DNA from: Leucoraja erinacea
Lineage: Eukaryota
Assembly: GCF_028641065.1 (NCBI RefSeq)
Contig: NC_073384.1
Coordinates: 16,988,001-17,052,000 of the forward strand
Direction of reading: 5' to 3'
Length of the DNA stretch: 64,000 nt
Shown piece by piece: positions 26,946 to 39,726 of the stretch. A program made the position numbers and the translations under genes. Every line of letters starts with the position of its first letter. The first letter of the stretch is position 1. The notes below the pieces were generated by a model. It searched no databases and was not told the origin of the DNA. It saw only the letters and a list, made by a program, of their open reading frames with translations.

Positions 26946-28369
26946 GATTAGAGGGTATTAGCTGTGAGGAGAAGTTGAATAATCTTGAATTCTTTTCCAT
27001 GGAGCGACTGAGGCTCAGCGGCGAACCAACAAAAGTATATAAAATCATGAGAGGCATCGATTGGATGGACAATCAGAACTTCTTCTCACACGAAGATTAG
27101 TTTAAATAGACATCATGTTCAACATGGATATTGTGGCCCAAATGGCCTGTTCCTGTGCTGTACTGTTCTCATGTTCAATGTTGTAATGACTATTTATGGA
27201 AGAGTATTATTGTGGCACTAATCATAAATCAGACAAATTTAGCCTAGTCATTGAAAAGGACAAGAACAAACTATGAAAGAATAATCAAAACGGTGATAAG
27301 CCCCAGATTTACTCAATGGAGAAGAGTCTTAGTAAATGGTAGTCTGCTAAATCACCTGTTAGTCTAAGTGTGAAGGTGACGGATGTGAGAAAGGTTAGAG
27401 TCACTGAAACATACAACACAATTACAGACCCTTCGGTTAACCATCATGTACCCATCCGTACTAATCCTATTTTTCTCACGCATTCCCATCCCCTGTTAAT
27501 GATTCTCCTTCCATTGAACTATACCAGGACAACTTACAGCAGCAAGTTAACTTCTCAACGCAATATCTCTGAGATGTGGAAAGAACCCAGAGTACCCGGC
27601 GAAACTGCAGATGCTGGTTTACACCGAAGACAGACACAAATTGTTGGAGTAACTCAGTGGGTCAGGCAGAAACTATGGAGAAGAGAAATAGGTGATGTTT
27701 TGGGTTGAGATACTTCTTCAAACTGAGAGCGGTCGAGACCGGTCTTCAAATTGAGAAGAAGGGTCTCGACCCAAGCAACCGCCTTGTCTATGCTTGGTCT
27801 CACCAATGTGATAATCATCCCCCGGCGTGGGGTAGCTGAGATTTCCCCCCATTGCAGGAGATTGATTGCTCCAACGAAGAAGGCCAGCCATAAAAAAATG
27901 TTATGGAAAAAAGGTCCACTATAGAAAAAAAGCACACTATAAAAAAAGTTATATATATATATCGTGTTTAATTTCACAGATTCACACCCTTCTGAAAACA
28001 TTTCTTCTCATATCTGTGTGAATGGGCAAATCCTTATTTTTGAACCTGATTTAGGTTTAAAATAAGAACCTTAATCCTTATTTTTTTAAACTTTGATCCT
28101 TGGTCCAAACAACCTACACAGGGGAAATATCAAATTATATTTATTCTACCTGGTCCAAGCGGTCCACACAGCGCTAGGGACCCAGATATGATCCTGAGTA
28201 TGGGTGCTGTCTGTACAGAGTTTATAGCTTCTACCTATGACCTATTTTTTCTCTGGGTGCATTGGCTAATTGGCTTGTTGAAATTGTAAATTGTCCCTAG
28301 TGTGTAGGATAGCGTTAGTGTGCAGGGATCGCTGGTCAGCGCAGTCTCTAAACAAAACTAAATACAATA

Positions 28370-29120
28370 ATAATACAATACAATACAATTGATTTGTCAC
28401 TTGAACCTCATAGAGGCTCAAGTGAAATGTTGTTTCTGCAGTCATACATACAAGAAAAAAAAAGACCCAAGACACAACACAATTTACACAGACATCCATC
28501 ACAGCGCATCTCCTCCTCGCTGTGATGGAAGGCAAAAAAACGTATCTCTCCCCTGCACTTCCCTCTCCCCCCGATGCCAGTCAAAGTCAGAGCCCAAGTC
28601 AGAGCCCCCGGCGGGCGACAACAATTGTCCCGCGGCCATTAACGCCGCGCCAGGTGGTGCAAGGCCGCGCTCCGGGTCTTGTTGTTGGAGAATAGAATAG
28701 AATAGTTTCTTTATTGTCATTGTAACATGAGCCATGTACAACGAAATCTAAACGAGCCATGTACAACGAGCCCAGGGCGGGTGCTAGCAAAGTCACGCAG
28801 CCGTTGAAGCCACGCCGGGCGATGATGTAAGGCCCCGCTCCAGGTCATCCTCGACCCCGCTACTCGGGCGGGTGAAGTCGCCGTTGCGGAAGCTCCGAAA
28901 AGCGGTCTCCCAACAGGGACCCGCGGGCTCCCGGTGTTATTGTCTACCAGACCTGCTTTACAGATTTAAAAAGTTTCCCCCCCCCCCCCCCCGCCCCCCA
29001 GCAGCACACACACACACATACACATACCCCATCAAAAAAATAAAAACTACATTAAAACGGGACAAAAAAATAACAGACTGCAGAGGCCGCTGCGACGTGA
29101 GTCGCGCCGCCCACCGGAAG
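28370..29120 (-). mobile_element. GC-rich retroposon copies including the apparent 5' end (CTTCCGGTGGGCGGCGCGACTCACGTCGCAGCGGCCTCTGCAG)
   Basis: The same 5' motif occurs on + at about 19044; tails at about 28370 and 28690. Confidence 0.6.
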
Positions 29121-29559
29121 CCCATCAAAATATTTGGCAGATTTCAAAGGGATCACATTATATGCAATTTAGAAGCATAGACTTAATTAATTTAATCTTC
29201 CTTTTCGTATGACAACCCGTCCCCATCATCTCAGGAAACATTGTGGTCAACCTGTGACCACGGAGACCACACTTGTAAAATCCTGCCATATAATCACATA
29301 GTAATGGTTTGGATTTGAATGGATTTGGTATGATTAATATGTTTGAAGGTGACACCATAATTAGTGGTAGAATAAACAGTGAAGAAGGTCATCTAACATT
29401 ACAACAGGATCCAAGTCAACTGGGAAAGTGGACGAAGGAATGGTAGATGGAATGGCGAAGTGTTGCATTTTGAGAAGTTAAACTAAAGCTTTGCTACAGT
29501 AAATCTTTTCTACACTCCCTCCAAAGCCTCCACATTCCTTCCTATGCTGAGGCTTTGCG

Positions 29560-30135
29560 GGTCCAAGATGTGCTTTCCCAGGCTCACATGCTGCTTCCTG
29601 TCTGTCAGGAAGTTGGTGATCCACCGACAGAAGGGTTCAGGCACAGTCAACTCGGAAAGCTAGTAGTAGCTCTGGCACAATGGTGTTGAATGCAGAGCTA
29701 AAATCAACAAACAAACTCCTCACAAACTCCTGGTGATTAGGTGCTGGAGGATGAAGTGCAGGCCCAGTTTGACTGCGACATCCACAGATCTATTGGCCCG
29801 ATATGTATACTGCAGTGGGTCCAGCAGGGGGTTTGTGATATTTTTCAGCTTGACTACAGTGTGACAGACCTGTAGTCATTAAGACCAGTAATCCTTGCCT
29901 TTTTGGCTACAGGGACAATAGTGGAGACTTTGAAGCAGGCAGGGACAGTACAGGTTTGCAGGGACTGTTTGAAAATGTCTGTGAAGACCGGTGCCAGTTG
30001 TTCGGCACAGAGCTTGAGAGTAGAGGGGGAAACATTGTCTGGTCCTGGAGATTGTCGGCTTTTCTGTCTTCTGAATAGCCTCTCCAACGCCTCTATTTTT
30101 ATTGTTGATGATGGAGAAGTGATGTTGTGCAGCAC
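29560..30135 (-). mobile_element. Rex/Babar LINE RT fragment
   Basis: [43 protein letters not shown]. Confidence 0.8.
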
Positions 30136-30864
30136 GGAGGGTGTCTAGTCGTGTATTGTCATCTGCATGCTTACAGTGATGTATAGATACGCTGATCCTC
30201 CTCTTTATACTTTGCAATGAATCCAATTCCATTTCTTAGCCCTGCCTTTCAGGGTCCTACATCTTCCCCTCATTACTATCCCTTCAGGCAGATTCACTGT
30301 TCATCTCAGGGGATAAGTCTGGTGGACCATAATCACCCTCAGGCTGCTTCAATCCTCAATGACCTGATGATTTGAGCACTTATCTCTCCTACTCTCACTC
30401 CCTCTTATCTCTCTTTTTCTCTCTCTCTTTCTCTCTCTTTCTCTCTCACTTTCTCTCTTGTTACATTAATTGTTTCATTATTGTTAAGTAACTCTGCATG
30501 TGTAAAACACCCGCTCCTCAATGGGAGATCATCTTCTTGCTGGTGTTATGAGTATTCTATGGTTGTATTTGGTTAGAATGAGTTCAGTAAGTTGCTCTGA
30601 ACCATCCCTCGTTCTGCTGACAAGACCTGGAATGGCTGAACGTTGCTGAAGGCTGATGTCCCTTTGGAAATCTGTGCCTGGCCAGTTGGACTGAAGGAAT
30701 CTTACATTCAGTCAAGCTAAAGAGGAATCAATGAAACATTAAACCGTAAAACTGAGAGGCAACAACAAGTCTCATCATAACAAATAACAGACTGAGATTT
30801 TAATGAAATTATTAGTTTGCATTTATTGGATCATCACTAAATGATTGAGCTGTGCAAAGGGATT

Positions 30865-30867
<3 letters not shown>

Positions 30868-30933
<66 letters not shown>

Positions 30934-31495
30934 TATTTTATTGTCATTGCACATAAGTGCAACGAGATTTGGTATGCAGCTTCCATCCGATGTCATAACT
31001 AATACAATTTAGATTTAGATACCCCGAGAACATGGTTTGTAAAAAGAACATTACAACAGTAAATAGTCAAAACAGTTCAAACAGACTAAAGTGCAGATGT
31101 GTCTGTGCGACATGACCATCTGAGGGAGACAGTCCGTGGGGGTGGGGGGCACTCAGCAGACTCAGTAGTTCAGAGCCGCTATAGCTCTGGGAATAAAGCT
31201 GTTCCTGAGTCTGGAGGTACGGGCGTAGAAGGCCTTGTAACGTCTGCCGGAGGGAAGTAGTTCGAACAGTCCATTACAAGAGTGTGAGGAGTCTTTATGG
31301 ATGCTGACAGTCTTCCTGAGGCACCGTGTGTAGTAGATGCCCTCCAAGGCTGGTAGCAGTGTCCCAATAATCTTCTGCGCTCTGTGGACGACGCGCTGAA
31401 GAGCTCTCCTCTCCGCCTCCGTGCAGCTGAGATACCACACAGAGATGCCATATGTTAATATGCTCTCTGTGGTGCAGTGGTAGAAGGTGTGACAG
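30868..31495 (-). mobile_element. Rex/Babar LINE 3' end with (TTA)n tail
   Basis: FYHCTTESILTYGISVWY..LLPSGRRY..RLRNSFIPRAI (DUF1891-type C-terminus); (AAT)n at about 30868-30933. Confidence 0.85.
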
Positions 31496-31549
31496 CAGTT
31501 ACTGTTGGGGCAGACCAGTGGATGGACTTTTTTTGGGCCCATGTTCTTA

Positions 31550-31581
<32 letters not shown>

Positions 31582-32497
31582 ATGGGGTAAAACCTGGCAA
31601 GGGGGTAATGGGGGGGGGCCTTTGTATAGTTTAGGGGAAAGAATAAAGAGGCCCTTCGGCTCACTAGTAAATAGCGAAGTGAATTGTGCTAATATGTTGA
31701 CAGTGAACCACAGACAAAGCCTAACGTTAAAGACATGAAATGCAGCAGTGACACCATCCAAGTTTCAGGAATTTCACTGAATATGTTATAGCGTGCACCC
31801 ATCATTGCAACAGAAAATTGGATCTATTATCAATTAATTAGACTTGTGGATAATCATTTTATTCTGCAATCAAGACCTAGTTTTTTACCTGATTCAGTAT
31901 TTCTGTCATCTCCATTCTGTAATCAAGTTTCTGTGTAACTTTGTCAGCTGAGAATATAAAATTGTGCCAAAGTCATGCTCAGGAGATGAGTTTGACTTGT
32001 CTCCTTGTCCCACCGGTTTGACTTTGAACGTCAACTCCGTGTGGCCTTTCCATTTGCTCCTACGGTGTTCTTGATAGCGAGGAAGGTTGTATATGATTAT
32101 AGCAGGATAGAGATTAAATGAAATGTTGGACAGGGTATTGGCAGATGGAAATTAATTCAGGCAAGTGCAAGATGATACATTTTGGAAAGTCAAATACGTG
32201 TCGGACAAAAGCAGTAAATGACAGGGCACTAAAAATTGTTGATGAACAAAGAACAAAGAAACCAAAGGTTTCAAGTCCATTGTTACTTGAAAATGCCACC
32301 ACACTTGGTTAGGATGGTTGAAGAAAGCATGCAGCATCCTTGCCTTCCTAGATCAGTGCACTGATTATAATTGTTGGAAGATTATGTTTCAACTTTTACA
32401 AACATCGGTAAGGCTACATCTGGAGTACCAGGTGTAATTCTGGTCACCACATTATAGGAAGGATGTGATTATGCTGGAAAGTGTGCAGAGAAGGACA

Positions 32498-32808
32498 GCA
32501 CGGTGGCACAGTGGTGGAATTGTTGCTTTACAGCATGTGGAGACCTGGTTTCAATGTCGACTACGGGTGCTGTCTGTACGAAGTTTGTGTGTTCTCCCTG
32601 TGACCGCGTGGTGTTTCTCCGAGATCTTCGGTTTCCTCCCACATTCCAAAGTCGTACAGGTATGTGGATAAATTGGCTTGGTTTAAGTGTAAATTGCCCC
32701 TAGTGTGTGTAGGATAGTGTTAATGTGTGGTGATCGCTGGTCTGTGCAGACCCGGTGGGCCGAGAGGCCTGTTTCCACGCTGTATCTCTAAACTAAACTA
32801 AACTAAAC
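32498..32808 (+). mobile_element. HE1/V-SINE (tRNA-derived)
   Basis: A-box-like TGGCACAGTGG, B-box-like GGTTTCAATG, V-domain GGTTTCCTCCCACATTCCAAAG, CR1-like 3' end and (TAAAC)n tail. Similar copies at about 28160-28360, 34450-34740 and 40655-40860 (+), and 8620-8830, 47905-48425 and 61533-61838 (-). Confidence 0.8.
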
Positions 32809-33654
32809 TGAGGAAGATTTACTGTGATTAGAGGACTTTAGTTAAAGATGATTGAATATGATTGATTGAATTGATTTAATTACACAGCAGGGAAACAGGC
32901 CCTTTGGCCCACCACGTCCATGCTGACAATCGATCACACCTTCACACTAGTTCTATGCAATCCCATTTTCTCATCCATCATTTACACACTGGGAGGCAAT
33001 TTAGAGAGGACAATTAAACTACAAACCCGCACATCTTTGGGATGTTGGAGGAATCCGGAGCACCCAGAGGAAATTTACTCTCCCAAGTTGCTGACTAAAA
33101 AAGTTAGAATTTGCAGTACCCCAATTTAGTACCTTGCCCCACGGTCCAGACTTATCTTTATTCATAACTATTTTAAAACTTATGATCTTTGTTCCTAAAA
33201 TGCTCTCCCACTGCGATCCATCCAAATCACCTGGCCAGGATAATTCCACAGGACAAGTTCCAGTATGGTCACACCTCAAGTTGGACACACACTGTTTCAA
33301 GAAACCCTCTTGGATTGCACCTAACAAACACTGCCCCATCTAAGCCTCTAGCCTCCAGCACTAAGGAAGTCTGAATCAATGTTGGGGAAGTTAAAATCAC
33401 GCACAATGACAACCATGTTGATTTTACAGTATGTAAAACTTTCCGCATTTGTTGTATTGTTGGCAGTTTTGATTGCTTCATTACTGAAAATATGTGGAGG
33501 CTTTGAACAGAATGCAGACATGGTCACCAGAATACTGCCTGGAGTTTAAGGGTCAGCCATGATCATATTGAATGGCCGAATGGCCTACTCCTGCACCTAT
33601 TTTCTATGTTTCTATGTTTCTATGGTATTACCAACAAGGAATGTTTGTAAAGGA

Positions 33655-33861
33655 AGGTACCCAAAAGTGCTGGAGAAACTCAGCGGGTACAGCAGCATCT
33701 ATGGAGCGAAGGAAATAGGTGACATTTCGGGCTGAAACCCATCTTCAGCCCGAAACGTCGCCTATTTCCTTCGGTCCATAGATGCTGCTGCACCCGCTGA
33801 GTTTCTCCAGCATTTTTGTGAACCTTTGATCTACCAGCATCTGCAGTTCCTTCTTGAACAC
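33655..33861. mobile_element. Fold-back Penelope-derived element with 14-bp TSD
   Basis: Arms of about 74 bp (33662-33735 and 33744-33818), flanked by ATGTTTGTAAAGGA at 33641-33654 and 33862-33875. Confidence 0.85.
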
Positions 33862-35184
33862 ATGTTTGTAAAGGATGTGGCAGGTAATTCCATTACCACC
33901 AATCACAGAGACCGGGCACATTTCTGGACCAATGCCAATGAGTCTGCCCGGGCCTGCTCACCCACAGAATGCCTAAATCGGCCAATAGCCTAAATCGGCC
34001 AATAACTGGTGTAAATATTCCACTGATTGGTGCTGATATTCCACTGGATGTTGCAGGATGTTGCAGCTATGTAGCTCTGACCTTTAACACACCAGGATCC
34101 ACATTGTTGCATTCTTTAGCTAAGGTTGAGGATCAGATCAGCAGAACAAATCGATTCACGGACAGTGTCACAGATTTATGCAGCACAGACACATGCCTCC
34201 AAACCTGCTCCCTATACATTTCCCCCCTGGATCCCATCCCTTATCTGATTCCATCTACCCTTTCCCTCTCCCTCGTCACCTTCCTTACTGATCAAATTGT
34301 AGTCTTTGTCCCCCTAATTATCACCCTCCCGCCTTTGTCTTCACCTTCACCTCTCCCACCAGAGTCCAGTTTCCCCATCATCCTGTCCTTGGTACATCTA
34401 ATACCTATGACCCCTGTCTTGCGCCTTCTCTTCTCTTCTGATGTGAGAGACGGAGGCGCGGCAGTAGAGTTGCTGCCGTACAGCGCCAGAGACCAGGGCG
34501 CAATCCCGACTAGGGGTGCTTGTCTGTATGGAATCTGTATGTTTTTCCTGTGACCTGCAGATTTACCCCAGTTGTTCCGGTTTCCTCCCACACCCCAAAG
34601 ACGTACAGGTTTATAGGTTAATTGGCATCTGTGAAAATTGTTCATTGTCCCTAGTGTGTAGTATAGTGCTAAAGTGTACTAGGATTGCTGGTCGGTGAGC
34701 TGAAGGGCTTGTTACTACGCTGTATCTCTAAACTAAACTAAGAAGATGAACTAAGAGATGGATTTGAAATTCAAACCGTAACTTCCTCCAGCACACTTTG
34801 TTTCTATGCCCTTTATATTTGTAAAGCCTTTCCTCCTAGGTTTATATTTCCCATTTTTATCACAAAGCTACACATGGAGTCACAATGCTCTATATGTCGT
34901 TCCGTTCCTCTACCGCATTTCTTGGTTCAATGCCACATAAACATGCTTCTACTCTCCTGGTGTGTAATACCTGCATGCTTTCAATAACCACAGTCTTACT
35001 TCCTCACACTGAGGGCTCGCTGGCAACCGCATGCAGTTCCTCTCAGCCCAAAGTCCATAACCTCTGTCGAGTGGGTGACTGTCAAATTCCCTTTGAACAG
35101 TTCAACCATCTCCACACTTGCCACCATGGACCAAAATGTGAATATCCTGCACATTCATCCGCTGTCATACAAAGCATGGGACCA

Positions 35185-36060
35185 CGAGAGACTGCAGATG
35201 GTGGAATCGTGAACAGAAAACAAAGTGCTGGAGGAACTCAGTTGGTCAGGCAACATCTGTGGAGGTAAATGAACAGACGACATTTCAGGTCGGGACCTTT
35301 CTTCAGACTGATGGAGTAGGGGGAGAAGAGACGTTGGGATGGGGCACATCCTGGCAAGTGATAGCTGAGGAGATCTGATATGAGGACATGACTTCAGAAT
35401 TAAGGGACAGAAGTTTAGGGGTAATATGAGGGGGAACTTCTTTACGCAGAGAGTGGTGACGATGTGGAATGAGCTCCCAGTGGAAGTGGTGGAGGCAGGT
35501 TCATTGGTATCATTTAAAAATAAATTGGATAGGCATATGGATGAGAAGGGAATGGAGGGTTATGGTACGAGTGCAGGCAGGTGGGACTAAGGGGAAAAAA
35601 ATTTGTTCGGCATGGACTTGTAGGGCCGAGATGGCCTGTTTCCGTGCTGTAATGGTTATATGGTTATATGATATGCAGATGGGTGGAGTAAATGACAAAG
35701 GCCAGAGGTGAAATAAGACAAAGTGTGTCACATAAGGAAACAGTAGGAGTGAAATGTTAAGACCGAGGTGGGAAAAAGTGTGGCCACTGGGAATAGGGTG
35801 AGGAGAGGAAGGTTTGAGGACCTTTTTCTTTTAATTGGCAAATTATAGGATTAGGTAGAAGGCTACCAACGCAGAAAATCAGATACTGTTCATCAAGTTT
35901 GATTGTGGCCTCTCTTTAGCAGCAGAAGAAGCCAAAAACAGAAAGGTCGGTATGGGATGGGGAAGGAGAGTTAAGATAACTAACGGGGAGCTCCAGCAGA
36001 CCTTGGAGCGCAAGTGTTCAGGGAAATGGTCGCCTGGTCTATGCTTGCTCACCCCTCATG
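35185..36060 (-). mobile_element. 5'-truncated Penelope element: GIY-YIG endonuclease remnant plus pseudo-LTR, split by a CR1 3' end (35384-35670)
   Basis: Minus strand 36045-35850 reads KHRPGDHFPEHLRS..ELPVSYLNSPSPSHTDLSVFGF..EATIKLDEQYLIFCVGSLLPN; hammerhead-like core at 35279-35306. Confidence 0.8.
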
Positions 36061-36591
36061 CAGAAGATGCTTCATCAGGACTATGACACGTATTGGCATC
36101 AGGCACGTACAACTCATATGGTTCATGGTGACTCGCTTTCCCAGTAGGTTCCCCTCCCCCACACTAGGAGGATCTCCTGATTAATTGTCCACTAACTCTG
36201 TCCTCATTTGGTCACAATAGCTTCTCACCCTCATTCTTCATCTACTTCCACAGCCCAGTAACATTGTGGATAGGTCAGTAGAGTGATATCCAGAGAGTTG
36301 AGCCATTCATCCCGAGACATGTATATTAATATGCACATGGGGGATGTTAACTTGAGGTATATAACGATAATAAATAACATGAACCTGAAATTTAAATGTA
36401 AAGGTTGGTATCAATGTTTGTAATTAGGAAAATACTGGGTTGTTATAAAAACCCACCCATGTGCCCCAGGGAAGATCTGCCACCCAGACCATGCTCGGTC
36501 TCTGTATGGCTCCAGTCCCAGCAACATGCTGGTTCTTCGAGAGAGGGATGAACTGCCTGAAGGGATAATTATAAGGGGAAGATGTAGGACC

Positions 36592-36965
36592 CTTATAGAA
36601 ACTTACAAAATTCTTAAGGGGTTGGACAGGCTAGATGCAGGAAGATGGTTCAGAACAAGGGATCACAGTTTAAGGATAAGGGGGAAATCTTTCAGGACCG
36701 AGATGAGGAAAAACGTTTTTCACACAGAGAGTGGTGAATCTCTGGAATTCTCTGCCACAGAAGGTAGTTGAGGCCAGTTTATTGGCTATATTTAAGAGGG
36801 TTAGATGTGGCCCTTGTGGCTAAAGGGATCAGGGGGTATGGAGAGAAGGCAGGTACAGGACACTGAGTTGGATGATCAGCCATGATCATATTGAATGGCG
36901 GTGCAGGCTCGAAGGGCCGAATGGCCTACTCCTGCACCTATTTTCTATGTTCCTATGTTTCTATG
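36592..36965 (+). mobile_element. CR1 3' fragment
   Basis: LIETYKILKGLDRLDAG plus 3'UTR and tail. Confidence 0.85.
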
Positions 36966-37528
36966 ACCCTGAAAAGCAGGCCTAAGAAATGGAATTGCAT
37001 TAATAATGAAGTATAAGGAGGAGGTTCGCTGTACCTGTACATCACCGTACATCTGCAGATATACAATACACTCGACTTGACCTGAGGCAGAGAACATGAG
37101 CCAAGATTTACACCCAGGCAATACTCCCCTGGGAGGGGGACAGGTGGTGGAAAAGCTTCAGTGGAAAAGCAATGATATGCTCAGAGCTGAGGATGTGCTG
37201 GTGGCAAGGGATGTATGTGAATGAGAGAGAAAAGTGGATGTGGCTGCAGAGACACAAAATACTGGAGTACCTCCAGCATCTATGGCTGTGCCCTCATCAA
37301 CCTTTTTGGTCACTTCTTCAAAAAGCTCAGATTTCATAGAAACATAGAAACATAGAAAATAGGTGCAGGAGTAGGACATTCGGCAATTGGAGCTTTTCAA
37401 CTCAACTCAATTATCAATTATTTAACTACTTTAGCTAACACCTACAAACACCTTCCTTCCACTTCCTTTTCTCTCTCCCCTCACTCTCTCCCCTTGCTTT
37501 ACCCCTCCTCCACTCCCTTCACCTGAAT

Positions 37529-37736
37529 ATGTAGGAAGGAACTGCAGATGCTGGTTTTCACCGAAGATGGACACAAAATGCTGGGGTAACTCAGCAGGAC
37601 AGGCAGCATCTCTGGATAGAAGGAATGGGTGACATTTCAGGTCGACACCATTCCTCGCTCTCGACCCGAAACGTCACCATTCCTTCTATCCGGAGGTGCT
37701 GCCTGGCCCGCTGAGTTACTCCAGCATTGTGTCTGT
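37529..37736. mobile_element. Fold-back Penelope-derived element with 16-bp TSD
   Basis: Internal inverted repeat, flanked by CTCCCTTCACCTGAAT at 37513-37528 and 37737-37752. Confidence 0.85.
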
Positions 37737-39499
37737 CTCCCTTCACCTGAATCCTGGCTAACCTTGCACCAGTTTCTTTCCCCCACCCCTTCCAGCAATA
37801 GTCTATATCAAATGGTCTTCATTAAAAACTAGCTTTACAGAAGCAGTTGTGATCCCAACGGTTATACATAGTTGCAAACTATCTCCCGCATTTATCCAGC
37901 AATCTCCCTATCAGGGAACCCCCTCCTCCGATTTGTTACCGCCGTGATTTAATAATAATAATAATAATAATAATGCATTTTATTTATGGGCGCCTTGCTG
38001 GACACCTTACAGTTAAGTCAAGTTTACAGACAAGTTACAAGTTTGCAACAAATTACAGTATTCGGAGAGAGAGCAGCGGCAGCTATTCGCGCCAGCGTTC
38101 ACTCTCATTTCCGGCAGCCACTTCACAATTTCTCATTTGCAGCACACCAATAAAAATAAGGCACAACACCAAAGAAGAATTTAACACCAAACATAAAACA
38201 TCCCCCCGCAATGTTTCCCACTGTGAGGGAAGGCAACAAAGTCCAGTCCTCATCCTCTTGTTCACCCCGTGCTCGGGGCCTATTTGAGGCCTCCGCAGTC
38301 GCCGCATGTACCAGGCCCTCTCGCCGGATGGATGATGGATGATGGATGATGGATGATGGATGATGGCCGTTCCAGAGTGTTTGGAACGGCCGCTTGCTGC
38401 CAGAGACCGCGGTCCTGAAGTCCACAGGCCGCGCTGGTCAGAGCTCCAACACTGGCGATCTCGGCGACAGATCCCAAGCTCCACGGCAACCATACTCGAT
38501 GGCGCCCTCACTCACTCCAACCCTTCTTATCTCTTCCACTTTTCTTGTGCTCCCCTCTGCAGTCAGTCTGAAGAAGGGTCCTGTCCCGAAATGTCACCTA
38601 TCCATTTTCTCCAGTGCTGCTGTTGATTTACTCCATTATTTGGTGTCTGTCTTTGGTACAAGCCAGCATCTGAAGTTCCTTGTTATTTCAAATCATTAAA
38701 CTCAATTTTATTTTATATTATCTGCCAGAGCTATCCCCTGCCCCCTTGTTGCCCTCCTGATTTCCATTTTAATCCTGCCCCTCAGTTCTCAAAACCCCTC
38801 CAGGGGTGCACGAGCCCAAGGCCCTTGCCTCCTCCTTCTTCCTGACAGCCTCAATTTCTCTCCTCATCCAAGCTTCCTTACTCCCACCTGCCTTGCCTTT
38901 CACTCCAACAGGAATATGCAAACATTGAATTCTCGTCATCACACTTTTAAAAGCCTATTCTAAACAACTTTAGCAAGTTCCTGTCTGATACTAAAGTTCA
39001 CCTTGACCCAATTCAGATGGGCCCTATCTTTTTTTAACTATTTTAAAGATAGAACCTGTGTTCGCTTGTTCCAAAATCCTCACCTACTGAGTCAGTCAAT
39101 CAATTTTATTTGTATAGCACATTTAAAAACAACTCATGTTGACCAAAGTGCTGTACATCAGTGCAGATACTAATGTGCTACATACAATGGTACACTGACC
39201 TAACAATACATACATAAACTGTTTACAGCGCCCCCTCAGAGGGCCTCAAAAACACTAGGGAGTCACTTGCCCTTCCCAATTTCCCAAAATACTGGAGTAA
39301 ATTTTCCCAATGAAGAGAAAAATTAATCAGAGAATTAGTTTTTGTTTCCACATTTGAATCTGAAAAATGTGCATGAACATCATGGGTGACCATGAGGATT
39401 TGCCCTCGGTTTGTCTAAAACCTGCCTCTGTGACCATCGTCGATGCATTCAGAGAGAATGGTGAAAACTACTCTGGTGATCTGCCTACAGTTTGAGAGA

Positions 39500-39677
39500 G
39501 TATTTTCAGTAGTTTCCACTGCTCACTTTGCCCATGACTTCCTCTTTACATTGCACACATTATGATGAAACAATCTTGTTGGGAAGTTGAAGATGACACA
39601 GTCACTTCTAAAACAGCAACGGGAACATCGGGTCTGAATGAACTAAAGTCTAATCCTTGCAAACCAAGTTTAACAAC
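39500..39677 (+). promoter_or_regulatory. Putative promoter of gene B with PU.1/Spi site and IRF-like half sites
   Basis: GACTTCCTCTTT (= AAAGAGGAAGTC) at 39536-39547 and AGTTTCCACT at 39511-39520. No TATA box or octamer is evident. The PU.1 site is retained in gene A. Confidence 0.5.
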
Positions 39678-39726
39678 ATGTTTGCACTGATATTCTCCAC
39701 CTTGACTCTGTCCCTCTGTGCAGTGG
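39678..39726 (+). CDS. Leader (signal peptide) exon of IgSF V-J gene B: MFALIFSTLTLSLCAV-G
   Basis: aacaacATG start with A at -3, 16 hydrophobic codons plus 1 nt, then a canonical G|GTAAGT donor. Phase 1 matches the V exon acceptor at 52119. A paralogous copy lies at 9344-9392. Confidence 0.85.

Noticed and set aside
30521-30592. Leader-like micro-ORF MGDHLLAGVMSILWLYLVRMSS followed by GTAAGT
   Set aside because: Phase 0, so incompatible with the V exon; weak Kozak context; no partner exon or paralog found. It could be chance and needs RNA-seq.
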